Positions 50,521-64,000 of a DNA stretch of 64,000 nucleotides are shown in pieces. Within the stretch, counting starts at the first letter, position 1, and each line of letters opens with the position of its first letter. Source of the stretch: Podarcis gaigeae. Lineage: Eukaryota. The stretch is from NCBI GenBank assembly GCA_964106915.2, contig OZ066919.1; one strand, given 5' to 3'. The translations under genes and the position numbers were made by a program. Below the pieces are notes generated by a model that had not been told where the DNA came from, searched no databases, and saw only the letters and a program-made list of their open reading frames with translations.

Positions 50521-53500
50521 GGTTAGAAAAACCACAAATGGGTGTAGAAGTGTGGGGAGTTGAACTTCAGATCGGACAAATGAGAAATGGAGAGGAACTA
50601 AGTGGATTCTAACCTGGGGTTTTAGGCAAGAGGCTAGAAGTGACAATGCAGGTTCAGTCTGGTAGCTGAATTCATGCACCAGACAAAACCTTAAAAGTTT
50701 GAGTGAGAAGCCTGAGAACATGCCAGCACCCTTGTGTCCAGACTAGGTGTGTCAGCCACAAGGGGTATCAACTCTCTCTTGCCGTCAGTATCTGCAGCTT
50801 CCTTGTATTGTTTGTCAAATATTGCAAGTATCTCCCCTTCCCCTCGCCACTAAAAATAGCTGTTTGTTTGCAATTCACTTTGCATTCCCATTTCCTTTCC
50901 AGGTCCTCTTGGGAGGTTCCCAGTTTACCCTACACAGGAAAAGACCTAGAAAAAGCTATTGCTAGATCTTTCCCCTTTTAGATATATATATTTCAAAACT
51001 ATTTTGTCCCTATTTAATAGATTAGAGCAAATAACCTTTTGGCCTACTCATCCTATGAAGCTAATTGAAAAATGCATTGTGCCCTTCCGTTGCTGGGACT
51101 TCTTGGCAAGATAACACCCCAAATATCCTGAAGAAGTAAATCCAAAAATGTGATTCTTGCACCACCCCTTCTTGGCAGCTGTCACCCACCCATGGGAATT
51201 ATGTTTTAAAGCACTTTTCTGGTGCTCACTCCTGGTGCATGCTTGTGGCACACTTTGATCTATGCAGCTTAATCTAAAGAGAGTGATAACTTGGGTGACC
51301 CATGGCAAGGGACAAAGTGTGATCATTCAAAACATGCTGGTGCAGGAGGGGAGGATAAGCCATAAAGCTCAAGGCCCAGCAACGTGTGACACCAAGTAGT
51401 GTCATTAGTAACCATGGTACATTTGTGTGGTGAAATTAAATAAACCATTTTGATAAGGGGAGGGGGGTTTTTAGGGCTCAGGAGGATGGACTTAACTACT
51501 CAGTGACAGAGCTTTCTTTGGCTGGTGCTGACTGACATTCCCCTTGCCAGATGTCAGATGTCCTATACAGTCTCACCCTAAGGAAAACAGTGACAATGCT
51601 GCCAGAAGGAGTTGTGGTATTGATGCTTCTAAACATTACCTTGGAAGGTTCAGCCTGAATGTCTCATTGAACTCCCCGTCCTCAATGCCTCTGGTTCTAG
51701 CTTCCTTTATGCCCTTCCCATATGCAGAGCAGACCTTGGTCTCTCAAATTTCAGCAGTGCCCTGTGTAAGCAGCGCCCCTAACTCTCGCCTTCCATTCCG
51801 CTCAATGCAGTACATCAAAGTTGCAATGCCCTGCGATGTCCCGTGCAATGGAACTGGTTGTGCTGCCCTAAATCTGCCTCTGCCATATGAATTGGACTGA
51901 AAAGTCAATATTCAAAGTTTTTGGCTCAGCTTCACTCAGAAGCAGCTTGCTGGGAAGAGCAAAGCCACTTTGCTAACTTTCTGGCAGGGTGGTCACTGCT
52001 GTTGACTGGGAGGCAGAGGGATGAGGTGACAGGGAGGTTGGTGCACCTGCAGGAACAGCAGATTGGTTCTGCTGGTGTGTTTGCACCATGCTGACTTTGC
52101 TTCTTCCACTCCTCATGAGCAACCACCCACCTGCCATGGAGCTGCCAAAGTAGCTCTGCCCCACTTGGCAAGCCACTTCTATCATTACTTCTAACACGCT
52201 TTAAAAACTACAGACCATATTCTGCATAAGCTTTCAAAGATGGGAATCTGAGAAAACAAACAAGGAGTCCTCCTAGTAACAGAGAGGCACAAAATGGCTG
52301 CCGCTGCTCAGGTCCAGCTCTGAGAACAGGAATTCAAAGAGTTTATGGCCCTGTAGTAGTAACAGCACCAGGCACCCGCCACTCCGCAAGAAGAGTGTTA
52401 CTATTGCTAATGGGATGAATCTTAGGGAATGGAAAATGAAGCTGAGGGATTAAAAGAATCTGCTGATGTGAAGAGGAACCAGACTGTGGAGAAGTCTCTA
52501 CAGGGAGTTATGGAGGTTCTGTTCCATAGACCATTTAACACCAGGATTTAGCAATCCAAGTTAAATCACCATGAAAGAAGAAGCTGATCTCATATCTTTT
52601 TATCTTTAATTTCTATGCTGTGTTTATGTTAGGTAACCCTTAAAGCAACCTATAGTTTGCCTGTTCCAGAGAGTGAAGTTTGGTTTTCAAGATTTTAAAA
52701 CTAGGTTTTTTGTGAGTCTTTGTTTTAAAGTATTTTCTTTAGCAGAAAGCAACGAGTCAGTTGTTCAATCATTCTTACATCCCTTCCCTTCCTCCCACAG
52801 GAGCCCATATTATAATTGGTTGGGAGCCGCCCAGAGTGGCTGGGGAAATAAATTTATTATTATTAATAATAATTATAACAACAAGCAGAAACTACAAATA
52901 TTGCAAAACTAATTAAAATGACAACAAGATCTGTCACAGCAGCAGGTAAAAACAAACAGCGCGGATGATAAAACAGTCAACAACAACAAATTCCTACATT
53001 TAAGCAATTTCTACCACTTTTTGTTTTGAATCACAGTAATTTTATTTACACATCATATACAGTATATAGCCCTGATAATATACATGGCACATGTCTGAGA
53101 TCTTTTTAAATATACAACTATATTTGTTTCAGATTCCAGGTAATTGTCATCACCACTTTTTTATATATAAATAAGAAATTTTCTAGTCCTCATTGTCATG
53201 AAGATAAATCTTGAAATCATGCAATGTTTCAAAAAGATTCCAGGGTTCTGGATCATCCACATGCATGCCCACATGTACAAGCAGCCTCTACTGCCCCGTC
53301 TGGAATGCCTTATTTTCTGAATTCCCTTCCTGACAAGCTGCAAATTGGCATCGATCAGTGGGGAAATATATTGTGGAAAGCCAGTGAATTATAGTGATCA
53401 GGATTTCAATCAGAGAGGCTTAGGCCTGAATCCCTGTTGAGCTATGACTCTCCTCGAGTGACTGTAGTTAGGGATGTGTGCATGTGAATCAATCTGCACC

Positions 53501-55590
53501 AACCCATAACTGTGACCGTCTGCTTACTGACCTACAGTAGCTTCTGAGGCGATTTAAAGTTGTGGAGTCAGCACAGGGGCATAGGACTGAATCCTTCCCT
53601 CTCTGCCTGATATGGCCCCAACCTAAATCACTCTTCTCTCATGGCTGCTCCCTGAAGCAGAAAATTGCACTGGGAGTTCCATCCATGGAGCTCCAAACTG
53701 AGGTGTGGAATTCCTTGACAAGTCAGTAGGTGGTAGCAGAGAACAATAAAAGGGTCTTCTAAGTTGCCAAGGAAGCCAAGGCACCCATTTTTAGGGGGCC
53801 AGGTCCCCTCAAAGATCAGAGGGCCACACACACAACATCAGGATGTTGCATCAGGGCCCCTCAGTTGTCTGGAGAAGCTGGCGCTTCTGCCTAAGGATGA
53901 GGTGCCTGAGGGTCAAACTAGCTAAGAGAGGGAAGAGATCCCTAGCCACATCTCTGTTTCCTCACTCAAAGTGTAAAAGTAGCTGGAGGGCAGACAGGGA
54001 ATCGGGGTTTCGGCATGTTTTCCAGGTGTGGCAATCGTGTTAGGAAAATGGCAGACATGGAAGGGGACTGCAGCTCAAATGGTCTCCAGTTGCCCAACCA
54101 GTTCTCTTATGTGTAGTCAAAATTGGAGCAACCTTAGACAACAGAATTTGGGAGGTGGGGGTTGTTGGCCACTGGCCAAGAGTGTAATTTCTTCAGTTCT
54201 GTATCCCCTCCCCTTATAAAATCATTATTATTTTTAAATAGTTACATCCTTCCTTTGGGGGGGGGGGGCGTGCACTAGTCCTCAGCTATGTGGGCATAGA
54301 AATCTTCCTTCTTTGTTCATGTGGCTTGCCTCTCACTCTCAAGAGAAATTCTTTTCTTTTTAAGTGTTTCTAAAAGCAAGGAGTTCTTTTCTTTTCTTTT
54401 CTTTACCTTCTCTGTTACTAAATGTGTTTTCATTGTTAAGCGTATTTAACCTGAAAGGGCTCATTGATGGCCATGTCAGGAAGCTAAATCACCAAGTCCT
54501 TAATTGCTTTTAGATCTTTGGCTTGGAATTCACTTTGCAGAAACCCACAATCTGAGGCATATGGACCTGCTCCGTAGCCTCCCATCCACCACCCCTAGCC
54601 AAATGGCTGAGCAAAACTTACATTCCAAGATGAGAGATTGCAAACCTGGTGCCTGGTTCTAGGCAACAAGACTTGCACCCCTTTATTCAGGCTCCTGTTG
54701 CTCTCCACTCCTGTTCCACCTTCCTCGACCATCTTTCCGCAATATATGCACAAAGCCATATAGGATCTCAGTTTCCACTCACAGGAACTGGGCCAGTCCT
54801 ACGTGTAGACAGAGTGCAGTGCTGACTTCAGGTGGCAGATTTGGGTGTCACGATTAATGATTTAGTTTGCCTTTGGCAGCAAAATGTATTGGACTGGCCC
54901 TCTCCATTGGAGGAGCATTTGGGTAGCACTCATGTCTCAAAACAGCTTGAGCACCTTGTAATAACCCCGTGTCTGTCCATGTGTCCCCCCCCGCCCCGTG
55001 CTTCCAACAGTGGTGGGGTTTTAGTTTTGTTTTTTGGCTTAATTTACTGTACTCACTGAGGTAAGCCAAGCGATGCAGACACTTATAGAAACACACTCTT
55101 GCTGTGTCAATATTCAGTACAAAGCAACCAGATCTCTTTCTTCCACCAGCCTTGGGGGGTCCTGGAGGAATTAAGAGGAAAAGGGTCTAAGCAGCAGCAG
55201 CAGGGGAAGTTATTTGGTTTTCTCCCCATTTTAATCCATCCAGTGTTCCTCTGTTGTTCACTTTGCTTATTCAGCAGGGCTGTTGGGTTCATGAACGACC
55301 CACAGATGTCAGTCAGGCCTTCAGCAGCATATTCTGAGGGGAAATCATATTACTTAAGCAAGAGCGGTTATGAGGGCAAAATGAAAGGCGGGAGGTCAAA
55401 GGAACACCCTTAAGAAATAATGTGAAATGTAAAGTGTCTGTGTGGTATATCTACAAGATTTTTTTTTATCCCCCCCCCCCCAATGCGAAGAAGCTAAGGC
55501 TGCAAGCTTCTGTTAGTGTGAAACGTTTTCAAATTGATTGTGAAAAAGGGTCATCAAGATAGGAATTATGAGAGCCTAATTATTATATTA

Positions 55591-55854
55591 GACAGATCCT
55601 GAAGCTGAGGCTCCAATACTTTGGCCACCTCATGAGAAGAGAAGACTCCCTGGAAAAGACCCTGATGTTGGGAAAGATGGAGGGCACAAGGAGAAGGGGA
55701 CGACAGAGGACGAGATGGTTGGACAGTGTTCTTGAAGCTACCAGCATGAGTTTGACCAAACTGCGGGAGGCAGTGGAAGACAGGAGTGCCTGGCGTGCTC
55801 TGGTCCATGGGGTCACGAAGAGTCGGACACGACTAAATGACTAAACAACAACAA
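55591..55854 (+). mobile_element. BovB 3' fragment
   Basis: Encodes MRREDSLEKTLMLG...RLND with a (CAA)n tail; short imperfect TSD ending in atatta. Confidence 0.93.
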
Positions 55855-55870
55855 TTAAATATTACATGTA

Positions 55871-56120
55871 CAGTTGTACCTTGGATCCTGAACGCTTTGC
55901 AACTGAAACGTTTTGGCTGCTGAAAGCCACAAACCCGGAAATGAGTGTTCTGGTTTGCGAACATTCTTTGGAACCCAAACGTCCAACAGGGCTTCCGCGG
56001 CTTCCGATTGGTTGCAGGAGCTTCCTATAGCCCATCAGAAGCCATGCTTTGGTTTCGAAGCATTTTGGAAGTTGAGTGGACTTCCAGAACAGATTCTGAT
56101 CGACTTCCAAGGTACGACTA
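55871..56120. mobile_element. Tc1/mariner (Tigger-like) MITE
   Basis: TIR cagttgtaccttgga/tccaaggtacgacta with TA on both sides. Confidence 0.8.
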
Positions 56121-57449
56121 TACCTGTATATGATGCACGTAACTAAACTAAGCATTTGGTATATGAGATGATAAACTGAGGGGATGGAGTTAGAGGAATG
56201 AAATGGCTGGCAGATAAACATCCCATTTACTACTCCTCTAGTTTAACTTGCCCCTTCCCAAAGTTGTCCACCCTTCTTCCACCCTGCTTTAAAAAGTAGT
56301 TTTGATCACCTACAAGATTGTCAAGATTGTACAAGATTGGCTATTCACAGCCTAACTGTTCAACTAATTTTTGAAGTATCTTAACTATACAGAGAGAAAG
56401 TATAGAGACTATCCTACTAAGGTGAACAGGTAAAAAGGATAATATTGATATATATATATATTCTTAATTTGGTCAGGTTCATTTATTTTCCATTTCGTGG
56501 TCTGAAATCACAATGCTGATTTGCCTTTCCACACAACCCTGCTCTCCCCACCTTTGTTTGTGTGCTACCAGTGCTGCTTCTCAAAGCTTACATGTGAGAA
56601 AATCTTCCCAAAAGCTGTTCTTTGAAAGCAGTCAAAGAGCTTATCAGGCTTTCAAACAAAACAAGCTGTACTTCCCTGGCCCTTGGTGGAAGAACCAGAC
56701 ATGTCACAGGCCGAGAAAGGGTCAAAACATTACCTTTTCTTTCAAACAACATTGCCTCGATCCTGTTGTGCTCAGTGTTTTCATTTATCCCTCATGAAGC
56801 CAAAATACATTCCAGATGCGCTTTGCAAGATCTCCCACAAGGTCACAGCCAAGCTGAGGTGCTCACAGTGACCTCTCCTGACCTTAAGGTGCGCTGGAGG
56901 AGGGAGGGCCTGTTCCCTGCTGCCTCAGTTGAGCTGGAACTGTCATTATGGATAAAATCTAACTCCTTTTGCCAAAAGCTCCCCCCCGCATGCCCCTTCT
57001 CTATAGGTCTCTCTGCTGCAATTTGGCTCAAATCTTATTGAGCTTGTAGAAAGCAGCCTAATGGGAGGGGGAGATATTTGTTTTTGTTTTTTAAATTATG
57101 GTGTATTTTGTATTTTTCTGTTGTGAACCACCCTGGGATCTTCGGATGAAGGGCCATATACAAATTTAATAAATAATAATATTAATGCACCAATGGCATT
57201 TATCCCTATCAAAGTTGGTAACCAAACAGAAGGGATATTTTCATTGAAGGAAAACGGGGATAAGGGAGATATTGAACAAAGTTTTTGTGGGTGAATTGTG
57301 ATGACTGTCAAGCATGCACTTCTCTGAATTTTGCAATGCAGTTCTCTAGCCAAATACAAAACCACATACACTGGGGCAAAATGTGATTACAAATGCATTT
57401 ATTAGTGAAAATTAGATAACAAAAATGCATTGCATTAGGGAAATTATAA

Positions 57450-57621
57450 CTTCCCATTGGTGGAGGCTCCAGAGCTGCTCTGTAGCCGGCCAGGTGAGCT
57501 CTGGGCTGTTGGCAAGGCCTCTGTTCGTATCTAGAGGAAAGTTCATAAGTCAAAGCACCTACTGAAGGTCTTAACTGGAATCGTACGTAAGTAGAGCCGT
57601 ACATAAGTCGAGGTTCCACTG
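57450..57621. mobile_element. One-ended Tigger-like fragment nested in an older repeat
   Basis: Right TIR cgaggttccactg|TA; the left TIR was not found. Confidence 0.55.
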
Positions 57622-57999
57622 TACTGGGCAAAATTGCATTCAAAAATGTGTATATCAGGAGAAATTTGCACTTAAATGCTGATGAATTTTAAGAGTGAGT
57701 TTTTTAAAGGAAAGAACAACAACAACAACAAAAAGCAAATTGATGTGGATATCTTAGACTGGAAAAATGAGAAAAATCTGACATGGCCAGATTAGCTAAG
57801 ATCCACCGTCGGATGCAGTATGTCTTTGAACACCAGTTGCTGGGAGTCACAAGTGGGGAGTGTGTTGTTGTGGTTTGTGGGCTTCCCATGGGCTTCTGCT
57901 TTGCTATTGTGAGAACAAGTCGTTGGACTAGATGGGCCCTTGGGCTGATCCAAAAGGACATTTTCCTGATGTCTTCGGTTTAGGATTGCATTGTGAAGG

Positions 58000-58190
58000 T
58001 GCTGAACAGGTATCTGGAGGCAGTGATAGACTGGAGAGTGGCCAATAAGTTGAGGGTGAATCCTGATAAGCTGGAATTGCTGTGGGTGGTGGTTCCCAGG
58101 TCAGGGAATTAGGTGCACACTGTTTTGATAGGAGTTGCACTCCACCCGATAGATGGAGGCTTGTAGTTTGGAAGTACTTCTGGATTCCGA
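58000..58190 (+). pseudogene. L2 ORF2 post-RT fragment
   Basis: Translates as VLNRYLEAVIDWRVANKLRVNPDKLELLW, typical of the L2/CR1 W..N.L.LNP.K motif; frameshifted afterwards. Confidence 0.7.
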
Positions 58191-58355
58191 ATGGATTCTA
58201 GTTACGCTTTATGTAAACAACCTAGTGAACCTTTCTGACTGGGTGTTGTAGAGATATTGTAAACAAATAAAAAAAGAACATTTTTTTTAAAAAAAGAATA
58301 TGCAAATCAAAATTTGTGAGTTCAGAAAACTTAAGCATTAACCTAAGACTGTATT

Positions 58356-58446
58356 CATAGCTGTCAACGTTTTCCCTTTTTTAAAGGGAAATTCCCTTAT
58401 TCCAAGTAGGATTCCTCGCAAGAAAAGAGAAAAGTTGACAGCTATG
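58356..58446. mobile_element. Small MITE
   Basis: Perfect 13-bp TIR catagctgtcaac/gttgacagctatg. Confidence 0.75.
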
Positions 58447-61182
58447 CTTTAATTCCTTTGCGGGTAGTGTGATAATACCAGAATCTCTTCTCACCATGAA
58501 ACATGCTGTGCAATCTTCATGCAATCTGTAGTTTGAATTCATTATGTGTAATCTGAAGTTGATGCTAAAAAAGAAAGAAAATAATGGAAAGTGATCCATT
58601 ATTCCCTTTATGTGTCTGATGCTTCTGTTGAAAAATAAAGTCAGAGGAGGGAGCATCTTTTGATTCCTCGTTCCATGGACAGTCATCTTCTTCCCTCTAA
58701 TATCATGCAAGCGATAAAGAGAGTGTGCAACACTCTAAGCAAGTGTATTAAGATATGTCAATCAACAAAGGACACAGCTGCTGAGCCAGGCAAGATGGGA
58801 CAGCAAGTTAAAAGCTTCATCAAGGAACATTTATTTTGCAACATTGACCTTTGGAGCACCATCTCCGAGGACCTGGAGGAAATTAAATTCTCACAAAGTA
58901 ATGGAGAAGGAACCTCATAGTGGCTGGTTTGTAACCTCTCACCTTCCCTTCTGAATTTTAAGTGAAGATCAGAAAACAATTTCGCAAAATTAATGTTGAC
59001 CTCTTTTATGGGAGAGTTTGAAAAGGTCAAAGAAAGGGGTGCGTGGTGATCACAGCCAACCAATGGAACATGTGACCTTGGTGTTGTAGATCAAGACTTG
59101 GACATAGGACTGGCCTTAGGTGAAATGTTAACATGGAGACCTCTTTGTATACTTTCCCCAGGTCAGAAAGACTGGAGCTGGGATGAGAGTCGTTGCTTTG
59201 GCAGTGAAGCATCTCAGACTATGTAGGAGCTAGTGTCTCCACCCCTTCCTGGCTCTCAGTGGGGCCCTGACCTGAACAGGTGTTTCCATGGTCCTCCACT
59301 ACTCGCATGACACTTCAGCAGCAGCTTGAAAGTTCCTGTGTGTCTGGCCATCTCCTCTGCTTCTCTGGCCCTGGATGAGATAAAGTGGGATGGGATGTTG
59401 GCCAGGCACACCCTGTCCTGGGAATTAGCATTGCAGAGATATTCTGGAGGGTCCTGCTCCCATTGCTCCTCATCCAAGAAGACCTCAGGTTCAAGGTCTG
59501 GGCAGGGTTGAAACTCTGGAGTCCCCTGGATCCTACAGCCTCTCAAAAAATTATACCTATACCATGTGGTGGCCTTCATATATTTTGGAGTATAACTCTC
59601 ATCATCCTTATCCATTGCCTATACTGAATGGTGCTGATGGGAGTTGTCTGAAACATCTGGAAGGAACCAGGCAGTAGCAGACAGCATGTTGGAGCTGTGC
59701 TGCTCAACCGGCCTCCCTCTGGTTGAGTTGCTACTGCACACCAGGACAGAGGGGCTGTGACGGTGCAAATGTGTCAGTGGATTGGCTCTGCTGGCATGTT
59801 TGCACCATACTGACTTTGCCACCATCTTGCGCCTGCCCCTCTCTGTATGCAGCAGGAACTCAACTGGGAGGAGGCCAGATATGTAGCACAGCCCCATGAT
59901 GCTGCTGGCATCAAAATGTGAAAGCCCGACTGAGATCAACAGTATTTGGAGGGTTGCTGTCTGTCTCGCTCACACACTTTTCTCAGTTGTAGAAAACAGA
60001 CTTTGCTTGAGTAAATTGGCTCACCATTTCCTTCCTGAAAGTCGTAATGAAGCCTAGATCCCCAGTCCTCCTAGCCCCAACCTTGCCTGGTGATCAGGGA
60101 GTTGTGTTGTGTGTCTTTATAAAAATGAATAACCCCAGAAAAATTACAGAGCTCTTTGCACCTTGCAATGCATTTCCTTCTGCATGCTCATCTGCGTATT
60201 CTCACCCTGATTTTCAACGAGTCCTTCGTCTTATGTCAGATGAGTGAACTTTCCTCTATTCCAGACTCCTTTCCTTCTGCTCTTGCCTTGGCATGTTCTG
60301 TTACATCATAAAAAACAACTATATTGGTTTTTGAAGGTATTCCAAACAAAAAGTCTCTCCAGAGATGCTTTTAACAAACGTCTGCTGCCCTAGCAGCCAG
60401 CTGCACACACTCTAGGGGTGCAGGCTAGTTCTTGGAATAGTTTTGTGGTTTATTGGAAATGATGGAACCATATACATTAAAGATAGAAAAAGCCCATTAG
60501 GTCATCTTACCTCGTTCCCTGCCTGTTCAGCATTGCTCCCTGCAGTGTGTTCTTGCAGCCAAGTTTTAAGTGACCCAAGCATTCGGATGCCACAGGATCC
60601 GAGGAGCGAAACATTGTTGTGATTCTGCAAAGAGTTTAAAGCTGCTCCTCAGCCACGGTGGAAGAATAACACATGGAAAGGAAAAGCCCTCCAGCTAATC
60701 GCTGTTCCTGCATCAAGTATTAAAACATGTGGAAGCCATTAGACTTTAACCTTTCACTGGAAACACACTAACCTGTGCCCTATAAAGTCCTAATTAATGG
60801 GCCCTTTTGAAAACAACATCTCAGACCAGTATCTAGGAATGGTTTACACATGTTTTTATGGACAGGAGAACATTGACCACAAGAAGGATCAGACACAGTT
60901 AAATTGGGCTCAGGACATCCCAGGCAACATCTCTGCTTCCTGGAGCCACGTTGGGAAGGAATAAAATGGGGATCTTCTCTTGTTCACATAGACAAAACAG
61001 TTCTGGCTGGAGTAGAAGTTTGAAATAGGGTTGTGCACGCTTCCTCGTTCTGCTTGAGGCCTGATCTGGCCTGGTCTGACTAAATTAGGAACTTTGCACA
61101 GCCCTAATTATTTGATGAGGTTTTCAAAACCTTATCAAACCCAGGTGGGTTTATAAAACAAGTAAAACTGTTTCTCCCCCCC

Positions 61183-61845
61183 TTTTTTCTTTTTTTAAAA
61201 AAATATTTTTATTAAACAATTTCTACAAAACAAATTATCAATCCAAATAACCAATTACATTATTTCCCCCCTCCCCATCCCTCCCTCTCCCTCCCACCCG
61301 AGACTTCACTCACCTCCCTTCTCTGATTTGTTTGCGCTTATTATTCTCTGCATGTTAAAAATTGTATATATCATTACCTTATCTGTCATATATTCTATTA
61401 ATAAATTTGTGGAAGTTTTATTCAAAACCTGCCAAGGAGTCCAAGTCGTTTTGTTGTTTTTTAAAATAGTTTGTAAAAAGTTCCCAATCTTCTTTGAAGT
61501 AATGATTGTCCTTCTCACGTAGTTTATGTGTCAATTTGGCCAATAGCTCATCAATTTTTCTTGCCACTGTTCTTTCATTGGGATTTCCTCATTCTTCCAT
61601 CCTTGTGCTAACAAGACTCTTGCCGCTGTTGTACCATACGTAATTTTTTTTTTGTTTTTCTTGGCAGGTCTTGTCCCACAATCCCTAACAAAAATGCTTA
61701 TGGTTTTTTTTTTTACAAATGCCATTTTAAACATTTTTTTTTCAATTCATTATATATCATTTCCCAATTGTTTTTAACTTCTCTACATTCCCACCACATA
61801 TGATAAAAAGTACTTTCTTTTTCTTTACATTTCAACATATATTTG
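61183..61845 (-). mobile_element. L1-clade LINE 3' end
   Basis: Minus-strand remnants FYHMWWEC and YGTTAARVLLAQGWKNEEIP, then a 3'UTR and an A-rich tail (T-rich on + at ~61183-61212). Confidence 0.75.
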
Positions 61846-62193
61846 ACTCAGTTAAGTAAAACTGTTTCAAATGGAACTGAATTGTATAAAGTCAGCACAA
61901 TAGGTGGGTCCAATCAAACAAGGTACCTTAATTTTCAAAGACCATGTTAAAGAGGTGTAACTTCAGCATATGGAAAAGGCTGTAGAGTGAAGATGCTTTG
62001 ACACATCTCCATTATACCCTTATCAGAAATCATTGCCATCACAGATGGAGGCATGGAGGCAAAAGATGGGCAAGGTGTTTTTGAGGTGAAAAATCCTAAC
62101 CTTTCCCACTTTTCACATTAGATAGGAAGCACAAGCAACGCCCCTCCCCTTTGCTGCTTTCTCTCTGTTTGCGTGGCAAGTCCCCTCCCTCCA

Positions 62194-62695
62194 TGTGAAA
62201 TAAAGACACGGACACTTTAATTAAGGTTAATGGGTGTAAAAAGGCCACAACTTTATTGATTAAAGAATTGAAGGTATTGGCCTTAGGCATTGGCTCCTAT
62301 CGACTACCCGGCATGGTGACCGGGAAGGGTTGCACACAAGCCGTGGGGGTCCTGTTGAAGTACGCCAACTAGGATCCCACGGGTGTCACCGCTCGGGGGC
62401 GTGCCGGAGGCCCTACCTTCCAGGTTGCGGACAAGGCCATGCCCCCGGAGTCCTCTAACGGACTACCCCTTCCATTGGGGGAAGGTGATGGCAGTTCTCA
62501 GCTGGTGAAGGGGGGGCAAAGAGGGAGATCCCGGGGCGTGCCTGGCCTTAAGTATGAATTGGCCACACCTCCTCGGCCCGCAGATTGGCGGGCCGATTTG
62601 AAGGCCCGCCCCGGGAATTCCCTGGGTCTCGCGGGGGCAAAGGGGCCAGCCCCCACAAGGGTGGGAGGGGTTTTTGCCCGCAACCCCCTCGCCTC
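62194..62695 (-). mobile_element. CpG-rich LTR-like terminal repeat, unclassified
   Basis: Minus-strand order GC box, two CCAAT, TATA-like, AATAAA, terminal CA; abrupt CpG enrichment; no clean TSD. Confidence 0.55.
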
Positions 62696-64000
62696 TGGAT
62701 CTTGGAAATGGCATTGTACCTCCTGTCATCTTGCTCATGCAGTGCAGTCCATAACATTCAAAACCAGCAAACAAACTTCCCACTGAAATCAACTGGGATA
62801 TAATAAGCTTTGGTTTTGGCAGCCTTTTGTTATTGCTGCCTGCTTTTAACACCCAGGACATTCGGCATCCTCTCTTATAGCCAAACATCATTCTAATTAG
62901 TCATTTTTATAATGTAGGTGATTGTAATTTCTAGTTAAGGATCTGCCAGAGTTTCTGTTATAGAGTCCTCTCTTGCAAGGGTAATTAAGTGGGCTATTAA
63001 AATGCTCTCTGGGGCATAAGTTGTAAAAAGTGCACTGTATTGTAAAACTACGCCATAAAACGAAAAAAATGTTTTTCTTTTGTTCTCCTATGTTGTATTT
63101 AAAGAATGCTATACAGGGGGCCATATAACCAGTGTTGCATTAAGCATCTCTATGCAGGAGTTGAAATAAAGTGATCTCAGATAATCAGAAGAATGTGCTA
63201 ACAGGCAAACAATTTCCAGGATACTGAACAGCATCAGAGCATGTGGATAGCAGTGAGCCCCAAACTAGCTACAAATCAGAGCAAAATTCCATATACACTG
63301 TACAGACATTTACTGTAACATGTGTATGGTAGGTAACCATCTGCAAAGCAGCCTTTAAGTCTCATCAACAAGGTAATGTGCTGCATCCCTAGCAGCACCC
63401 CTAGAAACCAGCAAAATTGAGCGAAGTTGCAGAAAAGCAGTGACCAAAAAGGAGGCAAAAGAACCTTAGAGCATTTCCTATAGAATCCTAGAACGAGATT
63501 CTTCCTGCTATAAGGTCTCACGCAACAGCTTGGCGTCCTCTAAGCCAGGATTGCTGCACCTCAGCTTCCCTCCCTGTGGGCCACACTGGTTGCGCCAAGA
63601 AGAGTTACAGCCCAGCAACCATTGTAGGTTCACCGTCCTTTCTCTAAATGGTAAGAAAAAGCTCTGGATTAGGCAACTGAAGTCACAATTATCAATACTT
63701 CTTACAGATGGTATATTTTCAGCTGGGTGCCACCAAGGCCCATAAAAGAGTAAGGGCCCATCTAGACTACGATTTCTAGTATTTCATATCTATTATCATG
63801 AGTTCAAAAAGTTGTTTCCCCCCACCCCACTTCCCCTGGGAAAACCCACTGTTTACTGTTAAATCAGAACAAATGTTAATTCACAGAAAACCTGGATAAA
63901 AAATTGTCTCTCTTCTGAACTGGTCCTAAAATAGCTCCTGACTGGGATTTTGTGTGCTTTCCTAGGAGCTGTGTTTGGGGCAGTCTGCATCCACCTCCTT

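Noticed and set aside
58660-59627. ORFs of 80-119 aa on both strands
   Set aside because: No recognisable domain or splice support; compatible with chance or old LTR-like repeats.
1-64000. CRISPR arrays, operons or prokaryotic defence systems
   Set aside because: Vertebrate genomic DNA; no regularly spaced repeat-spacer array and no gene-dense region.

Overview
Eukaryotic, repeat-dense window from a squamate, most likely a lacertid lizard (Podarcis-type Sauria SINE, Squam3-type SINE, squamate BovB). It looks intronic or intergenic: no host gene can be identified and there are only weak candidate exons (best 24056-24106). The one long ORF is a 5'-truncated but uninterrupted BovB (RTE clade) endonuclease-RT (36174-38879, minus). 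There are also five shorter BovB 3' ends in alternating orientation, CR1/L1/L2 fragments, tRNA-derived SINEs, many hAT- and Tc1/mariner-type MITEs (several with clean TSDs), a Gypsy protease relic and LTR-like elements. The most interesting signals are two self-cleaving-RNA-like folds in non-coding retroelements. (1) A ~680-bp non-autonomous RTE-type element (25939-26621) whose 5' end coincides with a degenerate HDV-like ribozyme fold carrying an unusual extra hairpin in L3. (2) A Penelope-like insertion (14587-15107) with 79-bp inverted termini, a perfect 14-bp flanking direct repeat and a minimal type-I hammerhead with a palindromic stem III. All family names are by-eye recognition; no database search was run.
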